Origin: Hyphomonadaceae bacterium
Lineage (GTDB): Bacteria; Pseudomonadota; Alphaproteobacteria; Caulobacterales; Aquidulcibacteraceae
Length of the DNA: 64,000 bases
Direction: 5' to 3'
NCBI GenBank assembly: GCA_022841905.1
Contig: JALHQO010000003.1
Location: 44,236-108,235 of the forward strand
A model generated the notes under the pieces. It made no database searches, was not told the DNA's origin, and saw nothing but the letters and a program-made list of their open reading frames with translations. The stretch's first letter is position 1. Every line of letters starts with the position of its first letter. The translations under genes were made by a program, and so were the position numbers. Of this stretch, positions 9,718 to 16,841 are shown one piece after another.

Positions 9718-10019
9718 GTTTCGTCGTTGGCGAGATGGGTGAAGGGGTCCATGCGATCGTGCAGGACGCGCACGATGATCAGGCTGTCGTCGCGGACGCG
9801 ATAGTAAATCACATGCCGTTCAACCGCACGGCGGCGCAGTCCGAGGCTGACATTGTCGCTAGGCTTGCCGATTTCGGGATGGGCGCGAAGCTGCGCGATC
9901 GCCGCATTGAGCTTGGCCGTGTGGCTGTCCGCCTGACTTACCGACCAAGTCTTTTGCGAATAGCGCCAGACTTGCCGCATATCGCGCTTAGCTTCAGGCC
10001 TGATCGTGAGATCAAGCAT
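9714..10019 (-). CDS. parE: type II toxin, ParE/RelE family
   Basis: 101 aa from MLDLTIRPEAKRDMRQVWRYS. 8-nt overlap with the upstream parD. The family-typical C-terminus IIVRVLHDRMD is present. Confidence 0.8.
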   Translation of the reverse strand: MLDLTIRPEAKRDMRQVWRYSQKTWSVSQADSHTAKLNAAIAQLRAHPEIGKPSDNVSLGLRRRAVERHVIYYRVRDDSLIIVRVLHDRMDPFTHLANDET

Positions 10020-10275
10020 CCCGCTCTGGCTCAGCGGCATGTTCGGCGTGCATCTCCTTCAAGAACTCGTCGAAGTCGAACGGCACTGGCTCGCCGCTTT
10101 CGTCGCCCTCGCGGATCAGTTCGCGCAGGCGCTCCAGCTTGGCCTCGTTGTCCTGCAGCAGCCTGAGGCCGGCGCGGATCACTTCGCTGGCGGAGGTGTA
10201 GCGGCCGGACGCGATTTGCTGCTCGACGAACTGGCTGAAATGCTCGCCCAGGGAGATCGAGGTATTTTTGCTCAT
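10012..10275 (-). CDS. parD: type II antitoxin, ParD family (ribbon-helix-helix)
   Basis: 87 aa. MSKNTSISLGEHFSQFVEQQIASGRYTSASEVIRAGLRLL is a textbook ParD N-terminus. Confidence 0.85.
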   Translation of the reverse strand: MSKNTSISLGEHFSQFVEQQIASGRYTSASEVIRAGLRLLQDNEAKLERLRELIREGDESGEPVPFDFDEFLKEMHAEHAAEPERDA

Positions 10276-10310
10276 GAGTTAAAGTACCAAAAATTGGTAC
10301 TCGTCGCAAC

Positions 10311-11147
10311 TCAGCTCCGCCGGAACGGGTCGGCCGGGTAGACGCCCAGGATTTTCAGCGACGTCGAGAAGAACGCGAGTTCTTCCAACGCCAGGCGCAC
10401 GCGGCTCTCACTCGGGTGGCCCTCGATCTCTGCGAAGAACATGGCGGCCGAGAACGCGCCGCCTTCGATATAGCTTTCGAGCTTGGTCATGTTGACGCCA
10501 TTGGTGGCGAAGCCGCCTGTCGCTTTGTAGAGCGCCGCCGGCACGTTGCGGACGCGGAAGACGAAGCTCGTCATGCAGGGGCCGGAGTCGGGCGCGGCGT
10601 TTTGCTCATCGCGTGCGAACACGAGAAAGCGGGTGGTGTTGTGCGGTGCGTCGGCGATGTCGGCCTTCAACACTTTGAGCCCATAGATTTCCGCCGCCAG
10701 CGATGAGGCGAGCGCGCCGATGCGCGCATCGCCAAGCTCGGCGATTTCGCGCGCGGCGCCGGCGGTGTCGGCCGTCTTCACTGCGGTGACGCCAAGCGCG
10801 CGCAACGCCTTGCGGCACTGCCCCAATGCTTGCGGATGCGAGCGCACATGCGTCAGGCCGTCCAGCGTTGCGTCCTTCAAGCCGAGTAACTGGTGCTTAA
10901 TCGGCACGAAGCGTTCGCCGATAATGTAGAGCCCGCTTTCGGGAATGAGATAGTGCACGTCGGCCACGCGCCCGGCGACCGAGTTTTCGACCGGGATCAT
11001 CGCATAGCGCGCTTGGCCTTCGCTCACCGCCGCGAAGGCGTCCTCAAAGCTCGGGCAAGGCAGCGGCTCGAGCGCGGGATAGCTTTCGCGCGCCGCGATA
11101 TGGGAATTGGCGCCACGTTCGCCTTGAAAGGAAATGCGCTCGGTCAT
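10311..11147 (-). CDS. pheA: prephenate dehydratase
   Basis: 278 aa. PDT domain (ISFQGERGANSHIAA ... IPVENSVAGRV) plus a C-terminal ACT domain (TSFVFRVRNVPAALYKATGGFATNGVNMTKLESY). Confidence 0.9.
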   Translation of the reverse strand: MTERISFQGERGANSHIAARESYPALEPLPCPSFEDAFAAVSEGQARYAMIPVENSVAGRVADVHYLIPESGLYIIGERFVPIKHQLLGLKDATLDGLTHVRSHPQALGQCRKALRALGVTAVKTADTAGAAREIAELGDARIGALASSLAAEIYGLKVLKADIADAPHNTTRFLVFARDEQNAAPDSGPCMTSFVFRVRNVPAALYKATGGFATNGVNMTKLESYIEGGAFSAAMFFAEIEGHPSESRVRLALEELAFFSTSLKILGVYPADPFRRS

Positions 11148-11198
11148 ACGTGGCGAGCGTTAGCGCAAGTGCAGGGGAACGGGTAGGGCCATCGCCTC

Positions 11199-12071
11199 AT
11201 GAGCATGACGCAATCTGTCGAAAGCGCGATTTTGGCGCAGGCGCGGCGCGCCTTGCGCACGTTGCTGGCCGTGCCAGCGGCGCGCGCCAATGGGCTGGCG
11301 CGTGTCGAGGATATCGAGATTCCCGGCCCGACCGGCGCTTTGCGCGCCCGCTACTACGAAGCCGAGAACGCCACGCCTTCGCCGCTCATGCTCTATTTCC
11401 ACGGCGGCGGATTTGTCTGCTGCGATATCGACACGCACGATTCGATCTGTTCGTGGCTGGCGCAATCCTCGCAAGGGCGTGTGTTGTCCGTCGGCTATCG
11501 CTTGGCGCCCGAAGCTGCGTTTCCGGCGCAGTTGGAGGATGCGCGCGCCGCCGTCGCGTGGGGTTTTCAGAATGCGCAGCGTCTCGGCGCCGACGCGACA
11601 CGTCTTGCGCTCGCTGGCGACAGCGCCGGCGCTTATCTCGCCGCGACGATGGCGCTTGAAGTTAATCGCGCAACACCCGGCGCTATTGCGCTGCAAGTGC
11701 TGCTCTATCCGCTGATCCATGTGCGCGACTCGCTATGGGCCGATGAAGAACTGCGCAATTTCCGTTTCCTCGGCCGCGTCGCGTGCCTCTACATCGCCCG
11801 CAGCCTCGGCGCTGAGGCGCTGCCGTCGCTGCTCGACGTCGATGTGAGTGCAGCGCCGCCTACCATCATCGCCGGCGGCGGCCCGATGGACCCGGTGGGC
11901 AATGATGTGAAAGCGTTTGCGGAAAAGTTCCGCAAAGCGGGCGTCAGAGTGACGGGACGTAAGTATCCCGTGCTCATGCACGGCGGCTTGAACTTCACCG
12001 CTTACTCAAAGACCGCGACCACTGCGCTGCGCGAGGTGGGCGCACTGGTGCGCGCCGAACTCGCGGGCTAA
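11199..12071 (+). CDS. alpha/beta hydrolase, hormone-sensitive-lipase-like esterase
   Basis: 290 aa. Oxyanion-hole motif YFHGGGF and nucleophile elbow GDSAGA. Confidence 0.8.
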   Translation: MSMTQSVESAILAQARRALRTLLAVPAARANGLARVEDIEIPGPTGALRARYYEAENATPSPLMLYFHGGGFVCCDIDTHDSICSWLAQSSQGRVLSVGYRLAPEAAFPAQLEDARAAVAWGFQNAQRLGADATRLALAGDSAGAYLAATMALEVNRATPGAIALQVLLYPLIHVRDSLWADEELRNFRFLGRVACLYIARSLGAEALPSLLDVDVSAAPPTIIAGGGPMDPVGNDVKAFAEKFRKAGVRVTGRKYPVLMHGGLNFTAYSKTATTALREVGALVRAELAG

Positions 12072-12099
12072 CGTTTGCGGTGAAATTGGGGGAAATCTC

Positions 12100-12663
12100 A
12101 TGCGCATTATTCTAATGGCGGCCGTGGCCGCACTGACCGTCGCCTGCACGCCGCCCGCGGGCGAAGTCGATCAAATGTCCGAAGGCTGCGACGCGCGCGC
12201 CACATCGCAGTGGGCCGCGGGCGCCGATACGTTCTCGATCGAAGCCGCTACTGTCGGCCCCGATTGCGCACGCGCGGTGGCGACGTTCGTTATCCGCAAT
12301 TCGTCGGGCGAGCCGATCTATGCCGAAGCCCACGTCACCGCCAATGTGATGACGCTCGCCAGCACTGCTGACCCTGGCGCCATGCAAACGGCGCTAACCG
12401 AGTGGATCGACACGTCGAACCCGGCCTTCGCCAATACCAGCGCGTTGCCGGAGTGGCCCGCGAATGCGGACGCGCCGACCGGTGGTGAGTTTCCGTTCTA
12501 TCCGGACAATCATCCCGTCGGATATGACCGCGAGGCCTGGGCCGCATTGCGCACCGCCGCCTATCCGATGTTCTGCTACGTGCAAGGCATGGAGAGCCTC
12601 GCCTGCCTAGCTTACGGCGATGGCGGCATCGAGTTCATTGGCGTGCAAACTTTCCCCGGCTGA
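12100..12663 (+). CDS. hypothetical lipoprotein
   Basis: 187 aa. Lipobox in MRIILMAAVAALTVAC. No family recognised. Confidence 0.5.
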   Translation: MRIILMAAVAALTVACTPPAGEVDQMSEGCDARATSQWAAGADTFSIEAATVGPDCARAVATFVIRNSSGEPIYAEAHVTANVMTLASTADPGAMQTALTEWIDTSNPAFANTSALPEWPANADAPTGGEFPFYPDNHPVGYDREAWAALRTAAYPMFCYVQGMESLACLAYGDGGIEFIGVQTFPG

Positions 12664-12684
12664 TCGCGGCGTTCAACGCAAAGC

Positions 12685-12722
12685 AAAGGCCGCAGAGGGG
12701 GAGCAACCTTTGCGGCCTTTTT
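12685..12722. terminator. bidirectional rho-independent terminator
   Basis: Stem GGCCGCA (12688-12694) / TGCGGCC (12711-12717), flanked by AAA on the left and TTTTT on the right. Sits between the convergent lipoprotein gene and the small-peptide genes. Confidence 0.6.
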
Positions 12723-12745
12723 GGCGCTTCAAAAGTCGCGGGGAG

Positions 12746-12838
12746 CTACGCGACGATTTGAGCGGCTTGGTTGAGCGTGACCATCGCGACCGGTGCAAAC
12801 ACGGCGCAAGCGGCGATCAAGGCGTAAAGCTTCGTCAT
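12746..12838 (-). CDS. 30-aa hydrophobic small protein, copy A (MTKLYALIAACAVFAPVAMVTLNQAAQIVA)
   Basis: Hand-translated ORF below the track cutoff. 25/30 identical to copy B. 11 of the 16 codons that differ between the copies are synonymous. The terminator lies immediately downstream. Confidence 0.6.
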   Translation of the reverse strand: MTKLYALIAACAVFAPVAMVTLNQAAQIVA

Positions 12839-12880
12839 GGCATCCATCTCGTATCAACTCGTGTGATTGTGCGGCGGCGA

Positions 12881-12973
12881 TCAGGCGACGATCTGCGCGG
12901 CTTGGTTCAAGGTGGCGAAAGCCATCGGTGCGAACACGGCGCAGGCGGCGATCAGCGAATAAAACTTGGTCAT
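12881..12973 (-). CDS. 30-aa hydrophobic small protein, copy B (MTKFYSLIAACAVFAPMAFATLNQAAQIVA)
   Basis: Hand-translated. Strong SD GAAGGAG 7 nt upstream of the ATG. Paralogous to copy A, with mostly synonymous divergence. Confidence 0.6.
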   Translation of the reverse strand: MTKFYSLIAACAVFAPMAFATLNQAAQIVA

Positions 12974-13121
12974 CTCGTTGCTCCTTCAGTGCGAAGCGCC
13001 TTGCTTCGATAAGGAGAAGGTAAGCGACGCTTAGCCTTGCCGCTGTGACGTGGGGCACGCGCGTGGAGGGGTTGACGGGCATGTAACCTATAGGTATCTT
13101 GTCACCTAAGAGTTACACGCA

Positions 13122-13544
13122 ATGAACGACAAAACCGATCCCGGCATATTTCGGCGCAAAGAGCTCACCGACTTGGCGTTTTACGTGGTGGCGGCGGGGC
13201 TACTTGCGGCGGACGTGCTTTACGGTCGCGATGGCGCATGGCGCTTTGTCGATTTCGTTCGCGTCGGCGCAATTCTGTTTCTTGCGCTGGTTTTGTCATT
13301 GCGATCGACGACGGCGTTTACCCTCTGGCGCCGCGATCGCACGCTCGATGATGAACTGACGCGCGCCAATCGCGCGGCGGCCGCGCGCTGGGGTTTCTGG
13401 GCGCTGATGTTGGCGCTGCTTGCGGCGTTCATTACAAGCTTCGTCGTGGCGCTGCGCGTCAGCGATGTCGTTCCGTTGATCGTCTTCGCGGGCGCGGCTG
13501 CGGCGGGCCTGCGTTTCGTCACGCTTGAGCGCCGCGCCGAATGA
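13122..13544 (+). CDS. hypothetical 4-TM membrane protein (DUF2178-like partner of a small XRE regulator)
   Basis: 140 aa with 4 hydrophobic helices. ATGA overlap with the downstream HTH gene. This membrane-protein + y4mF/YozG-type HTH pairing is a recurrent uncharacterised module. Confidence 0.55.
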   Translation: MNDKTDPGIFRRKELTDLAFYVVAAGLLAADVLYGRDGAWRFVDFVRVGAILFLALVLSLRSTTAFTLWRRDRTLDDELTRANRAAAARWGFWALMLALLAAFITSFVVALRVSDVVPLIVFAGAAAAGLRFVTLERRAE

Positions 13545-13747
13545 AAGAGGAGACGCTCGGCAGCCGACTGAAAGAGGTTCGCACCGAAGCGGGCCTCACA
13601 CAGGCTGAGCTCGCCGAGATCGTCGGCGTCTCGCGCAAGACCATCAACACGGTGGAAAACGGCGTCTTCATCCCGTCCACCTTACTCGCGCTCAAGCTCG
13701 CGTACGCACTGAAGCGCAGGGTGGAAGATCTGTTCTTTCTCGCATGA
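13541..13747 (+). CDS. XRE-family helix-turn-helix transcriptional regulator (short y4mF/YozG type)
   Basis: 68 aa. LKEVRTEAGLTQAELAEIVGVSRKTINTVENG is a canonical HTH_3 motif. Confidence 0.85.
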   Translation: MKEETLGSRLKEVRTEAGLTQAELAEIVGVSRKTINTVENGVFIPSTLLALKLAYALKRRVEDLFFLA

Positions 13748-13751
13748 GCGG

Positions 13752-14522
13752 CTAGCGCCCCGCTAACACTGCTCGCGCCGCGTCCAAGTCCGGCGGGCTA
13801 TCGACGCCTTTTGGAAAATCTTCGATCGAGTCGGCGCGGATGGTCATGCCCATTTCCAGGGCGCGGAGTTGTTCGAGCTTTTCGCGCAGCTCCAGCGGCG
13901 AGGGCGGCGCGGCGACGAAACGCGCGAGCGCGTCGCGGCGATAGACGTAGATGCCGACGTGGCGCTCGATTGGGCCGTCGCCCCAAGGCGCGGCGGCGCG
14001 GGTGAAATAGAGGCAGCGTCCGTCGGCGGCGCGGATGGCTTTCACGAGATTGGGGTTGTTGCGCTCGCCATCGTCCGTTGAGGGCGACACGAGCGTGGCG
14101 ATATCGGCGCCGTCGCGCAGCGCCGCGACCGCCTTGGCGACATCGGCGGCGCGCATGGTCGGCATGTCGCCTTGCAGGTTCACCACGACGTCGAAGCGGC
14201 CCTCGGGATCGAACGCCTGCAGAGCGGCGAACACGCGGTCGGATCCGCTGGGGAGGTCGGGATCGGTGAGGGTGACATTGGCGCCGGCTTTGAGTGCGGC
14301 TTCCATCACCTCTTCCTCGGCCGCGGCAACCAGAATCGGCCCGGCTTTGGCGGCGCGGGCGATATCCACCATCCAGGCAATCATCGGCCGGCCATGGATA
14401 TCGGCCAGCGGTTTGCCGGGGAGGCGGCTGGAGGCCATGCGGGCGGGAATGACGACGACGGAGTTCATCCCCACGGCCATGCCGTGCGGCGGTTCGACGC
14501 GCAAGGCCGCAGCCGACGCCAT
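13752..14522 (-). CDS. kdsB: 3-deoxy-manno-octulosonate cytidylyltransferase
   Basis: VVVIPARMASSRLPGKPLADIHGRPMI and NLQGDMP motifs. The true start may be an internal Met (14480 or 14468). Confidence 0.88.
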   Translation of the reverse strand: MASAAALRVEPPHGMAVGMNSVVVIPARMASSRLPGKPLADIHGRPMIAWMVDIARAAKAGPILVAAAEEEVMEAALKAGANVTLTDPDLPSGSDRVFAALQAFDPEGRFDVVVNLQGDMPTMRAADVAKAVAALRDGADIATLVSPSTDDGERNNPNLVKAIRAADGRCLYFTRAAAPWGDGPIERHVGIYVYRRDALARFVAAPPSPLELREKLEQLRALEMGMTIRADSIEDFPKGVDSPPDLDAARAVLAGR

Positions 14523-14600
14523 GACGCATACGGCGGCGCTTGGCGTCAGCCCCGACGCAGGCCATAAACCGCCCGCAAAAGTGCTCCTTCAGGGCGGACC

Positions 14601-15233
14601 ATGAGCGATCTTAGGAACAACTCGATCATCGGCGCGGTGCTGGCTTCGGTGCTGGGCGTGATGGGCATCGGCGTGCTGGCCGAGACGCTGGTTCACCCGA
14701 ACTATCCGGCTACGCCGGGCTATCTGCCCGAAGTGGTGATCGAAGCGGCTGGCGGCCCGGCCGCCCCGTCTGGCCCGCCGGACTTTGGCCGGCTCTTTTC
14801 TGATCCCGCGGCGCTGGCTGAACTGGTCGCGCGCGGTGAGCGCGTGCGGGCGCAATGCGTCTCCTGCCACACGTTCGACGCCGGCGCCGCCAACGGCATT
14901 GGCCCTAACATGCACGACGCCTTTGGCCGCGCTGTCGGCAGCCATGCCGGCTACGCCTATTCCGAAGCCATGGCATCCCATGGCGGCGCTTGGGATTATA
15001 TGGCGCTGAATGACTTCCTGGCTTCGCCGGCCGGGGCCGTGCGCGGCACCAAAATGGCGTTCGCCGGTCTCCGTAACGACGAAGATCGCGTCGCCATGAT
15101 CGCGTATCTGCGCTCGATTTCGCCGAACAACCTCGCGCTGCCGGCGCCATTGCCGGAGGTTGCGACCGCTGAAGACGCACCGACGGAAGGCGACGCAGCC
15201 CCGGCCGATGCCCCGCCCGCCACGCCGGGCTGA
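14601..15233 (+). CDS. membrane-anchored class I cytochrome c (CycM-like)
   Basis: 210 aa. N-terminal TM anchor, haem motif CVSCH, distal Met region GTKMAF, and a Pro/Ala-rich tail. The divergent kdsB neighbour is a synteny I recall as common in alphaproteobacteria. Confidence 0.8.
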   Translation: MSDLRNNSIIGAVLASVLGVMGIGVLAETLVHPNYPATPGYLPEVVIEAAGGPAAPSGPPDFGRLFSDPAALAELVARGERVRAQCVSCHTFDAGAANGIGPNMHDAFGRAVGSHAGYAYSEAMASHGGAWDYMALNDFLASPAGAVRGTKMAFAGLRNDEDRVAMIAYLRSISPNNLALPAPLPEVATAEDAPTEGDAAPADAPPATPG

Positions 15234-15257
15234 TCGCGCTCACATCGCAGGCAAAGC

Positions 15258-15298
15258 AAAACGGCGTCTCGCTTTCACGAGACGCCGTTTCTTATTTT
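15258..15298. terminator. bidirectional rho-independent terminator
   Basis: 13-bp stem AAACGGCGTCTCG / CGAGACGCCGTTT with a 6-nt loop. T-rich tracts follow on both strands. Sits between the convergent cytochrome c and MarR genes. Confidence 0.7.
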
Positions 15299-15311
15299 GC
15301 TTTGCGTACGC

Positions 15312-15689
15312 TTACGAGACGGCCGCGAGCGCCGGGCGTTGTTGCACCGGGGCGGCGTCGCCGCCCAGGATGGTCGCACCCAGTTGATCGAGGAACGCGT
15401 CGCCCTTCTCGGTCGGCTCAACGAACACGTTGCGGCCGTCCTTCGGATCGCGGCGGCGCTGGACGAAGCCCAGACGCGACAGCGTGTCGAGCGCGCGGGT
15501 GATCGCGGGCTTTCCGACGTTGAGTGTCGAGGCGAGGCCCCGCACCGTGTGTGGCGCCGGCTGCAGCCGGACCGTCATCAGCACCGCCAATTGGCGGGCG
15601 GTGAGGTCTGGCGCGTCCGAACGCACCGTGGTGACGGTAACCCGACGCCACAGGTCCAATGCTTCTACTTCGTTCTGGCCGAGCTCCAT
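15312..15689 (-). CDS. MarR-family transcriptional regulator
   Basis: 125 aa from MELGQNEV (SD GGGGAG upstream). Winged-HTH region TVRGLASTLNVGKPAITRALDTLSRLGFVQRRRDPKDGR. Confidence 0.8.
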   Translation of the reverse strand: MELGQNEVEALDLWRRVTVTTVRSDAPDLTARQLAVLMTVRLQPAPHTVRGLASTLNVGKPAITRALDTLSRLGFVQRRRDPKDGRNVFVEPTEKGDAFLDQLGATILGGDAAPVQQRPALAAVS

Positions 15690-15924
15690 GCCGCTCCCCT
15701 TTGGTTTGAATCGCAAGTGAGAGGATTCGCCGATTTGGTGGTCCTTGCAAGCCCGGAACCACAAGATGTTGTGGAGTGGTCGAAATGATTAACCAAATCT
15801 TGACGAAACAAACCGAAACGATCCGCTTCAGATAAGGCTTTCCGGGCCCTGAAAAAAAGTCCATCGCGCGTCGAACCGAAACCGCGCCAGCCGCGACTTA
15901 GAGGCTGAGAAGGGCGAGCACAGC

Positions 15925-16470
15925 GTGCGACGCGGACTAGACCAAGCGCTCGACGACTACCTCGTCCTCCTGGCCCAGGGCGGATCGCGCGACGCGTTCA
16001 CCCGCCTGGCCGCACGCTGGACGCCGAAGCTCTTGGCGTTTGCGGCGCGCGCGCTGGGAACGACGGAGGCGGCAAAAGATGTGGTGCAAGACACTTGGGA
16101 GAGCGCGACGCGCGGCCTTGCGCGGCTCGACGATCCCGCGCGCTTCCGCGCCTGGATCTACGCCATCGCCGCGCGCAAGTGCGCCGATGCGTTGCGCGGC
16201 AAGTATCGCGGCCAACGCATCGCGGCGGAAGCGCAAGCGATGGCGCCACAACCCGCCGACGCCGAACAGGAGAGCAACGATCGTCTCGATGTCGACGCCG
16301 CCCTGAAACGTTTGCCGCCGGAGCAGCGCGTCGCCGTCAGCCTCTATTTCGGAGAGGAGATGAGCGTCGCTGATATCGCCGCCATCACCGGCGCTCCCGA
16401 AGGCACAGTGAAGTCCCGCTTATTCGCGGCGCGCAAGGCGCTGCGTGAAACTCTTGGAGACGTAAAATGA
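15925..16470 (+). CDS. ECF RNA polymerase sigma factor
   Basis: 181 aa with a GTG start. Region 2 (AKDVVQDTWESATRGL ... FRAWIYAIAARKCADALR) and region 4 (PPEQRVAVSLYFGEEMSVADIAAITGAPEGTVKSRL). Confidence 0.85.
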   Translation: MRRGLDQALDDYLVLLAQGGSRDAFTRLAARWTPKLLAFAARALGTTEAAKDVVQDTWESATRGLARLDDPARFRAWIYAIAARKCADALRGKYRGQRIAAEAQAMAPQPADAEQESNDRLDVDAALKRLPPEQRVAVSLYFGEEMSVADIAAITGAPEGTVKSRLFAARKALRETLGDVK

Positions 16471-16841
16471 CCAATCTCGATAACGCCATCCGCGATGCGC
16501 TTTCGAAAGAAGACGCCGAGTTCCTCGCGCGCTTCGAACAGGAAGGGCCGATCGGCGAAGTGTTCGGTACATTCAAGGGCGCCTGGGGCGCGATGAATAT
16601 CTTCGCTGCGTTTGTCACGTTCGCGCTGTTCGGCGTGTTCCTCTACTGCCTGTCACAGATGTTCGCCGCCGCTGAGATGCGCGTCGTCGTGCTGTGGAGT
16701 GTTGGCGCTGTCGTCAGCATGCTGGGCGTCTCCATGCTGAAGATGTATTTCTGGATGGAGATGAACAAGAACGTCATGCTGCGCGAAGTGAAGCGGCTTG
16801 AGCTTCAGATCGCGCGGCTGGCGTCGCGCGGCGCGGTTTAG
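16467..16841 (+). CDS. putative membrane anti-sigma factor (DUF6768-like, non-ZAS)
   Basis: 124 aa. ATGA coupling to the ECF gene. Short cytoplasmic N-terminus, two TM helices and a C-terminal coiled segment. Function inferred from position only. Confidence 0.45.
   Translation: MTNLDNAIRDALSKEDAEFLARFEQEGPIGEVFGTFKGAWGAMNIFAAFVTFALFGVFLYCLSQMFAAAEMRVVVLWSVGAVVSMLGVSMLKMYFWMEMNKNVMLREVKRLELQIARLASRGAV

Noticed and set aside
13083-13108. GTAACC hexamers upstream of the 13122 gene, and also at 39134-39139 (minus) and 41684-41689 (plus), as extra SigF promoters
   Set aside because: The -10 positions read CCTA, CACA and GGTA rather than CGAA or CGTA. By rough base-composition arithmetic the hexamer is expected about 20 times by chance in this window, so these are not distinguishable from noise.
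13798-14565. 255-aa minus-strand ORF
   Set aside because: It is an alternative frame of kdsB. Extreme Arg/Pro/Gly content.
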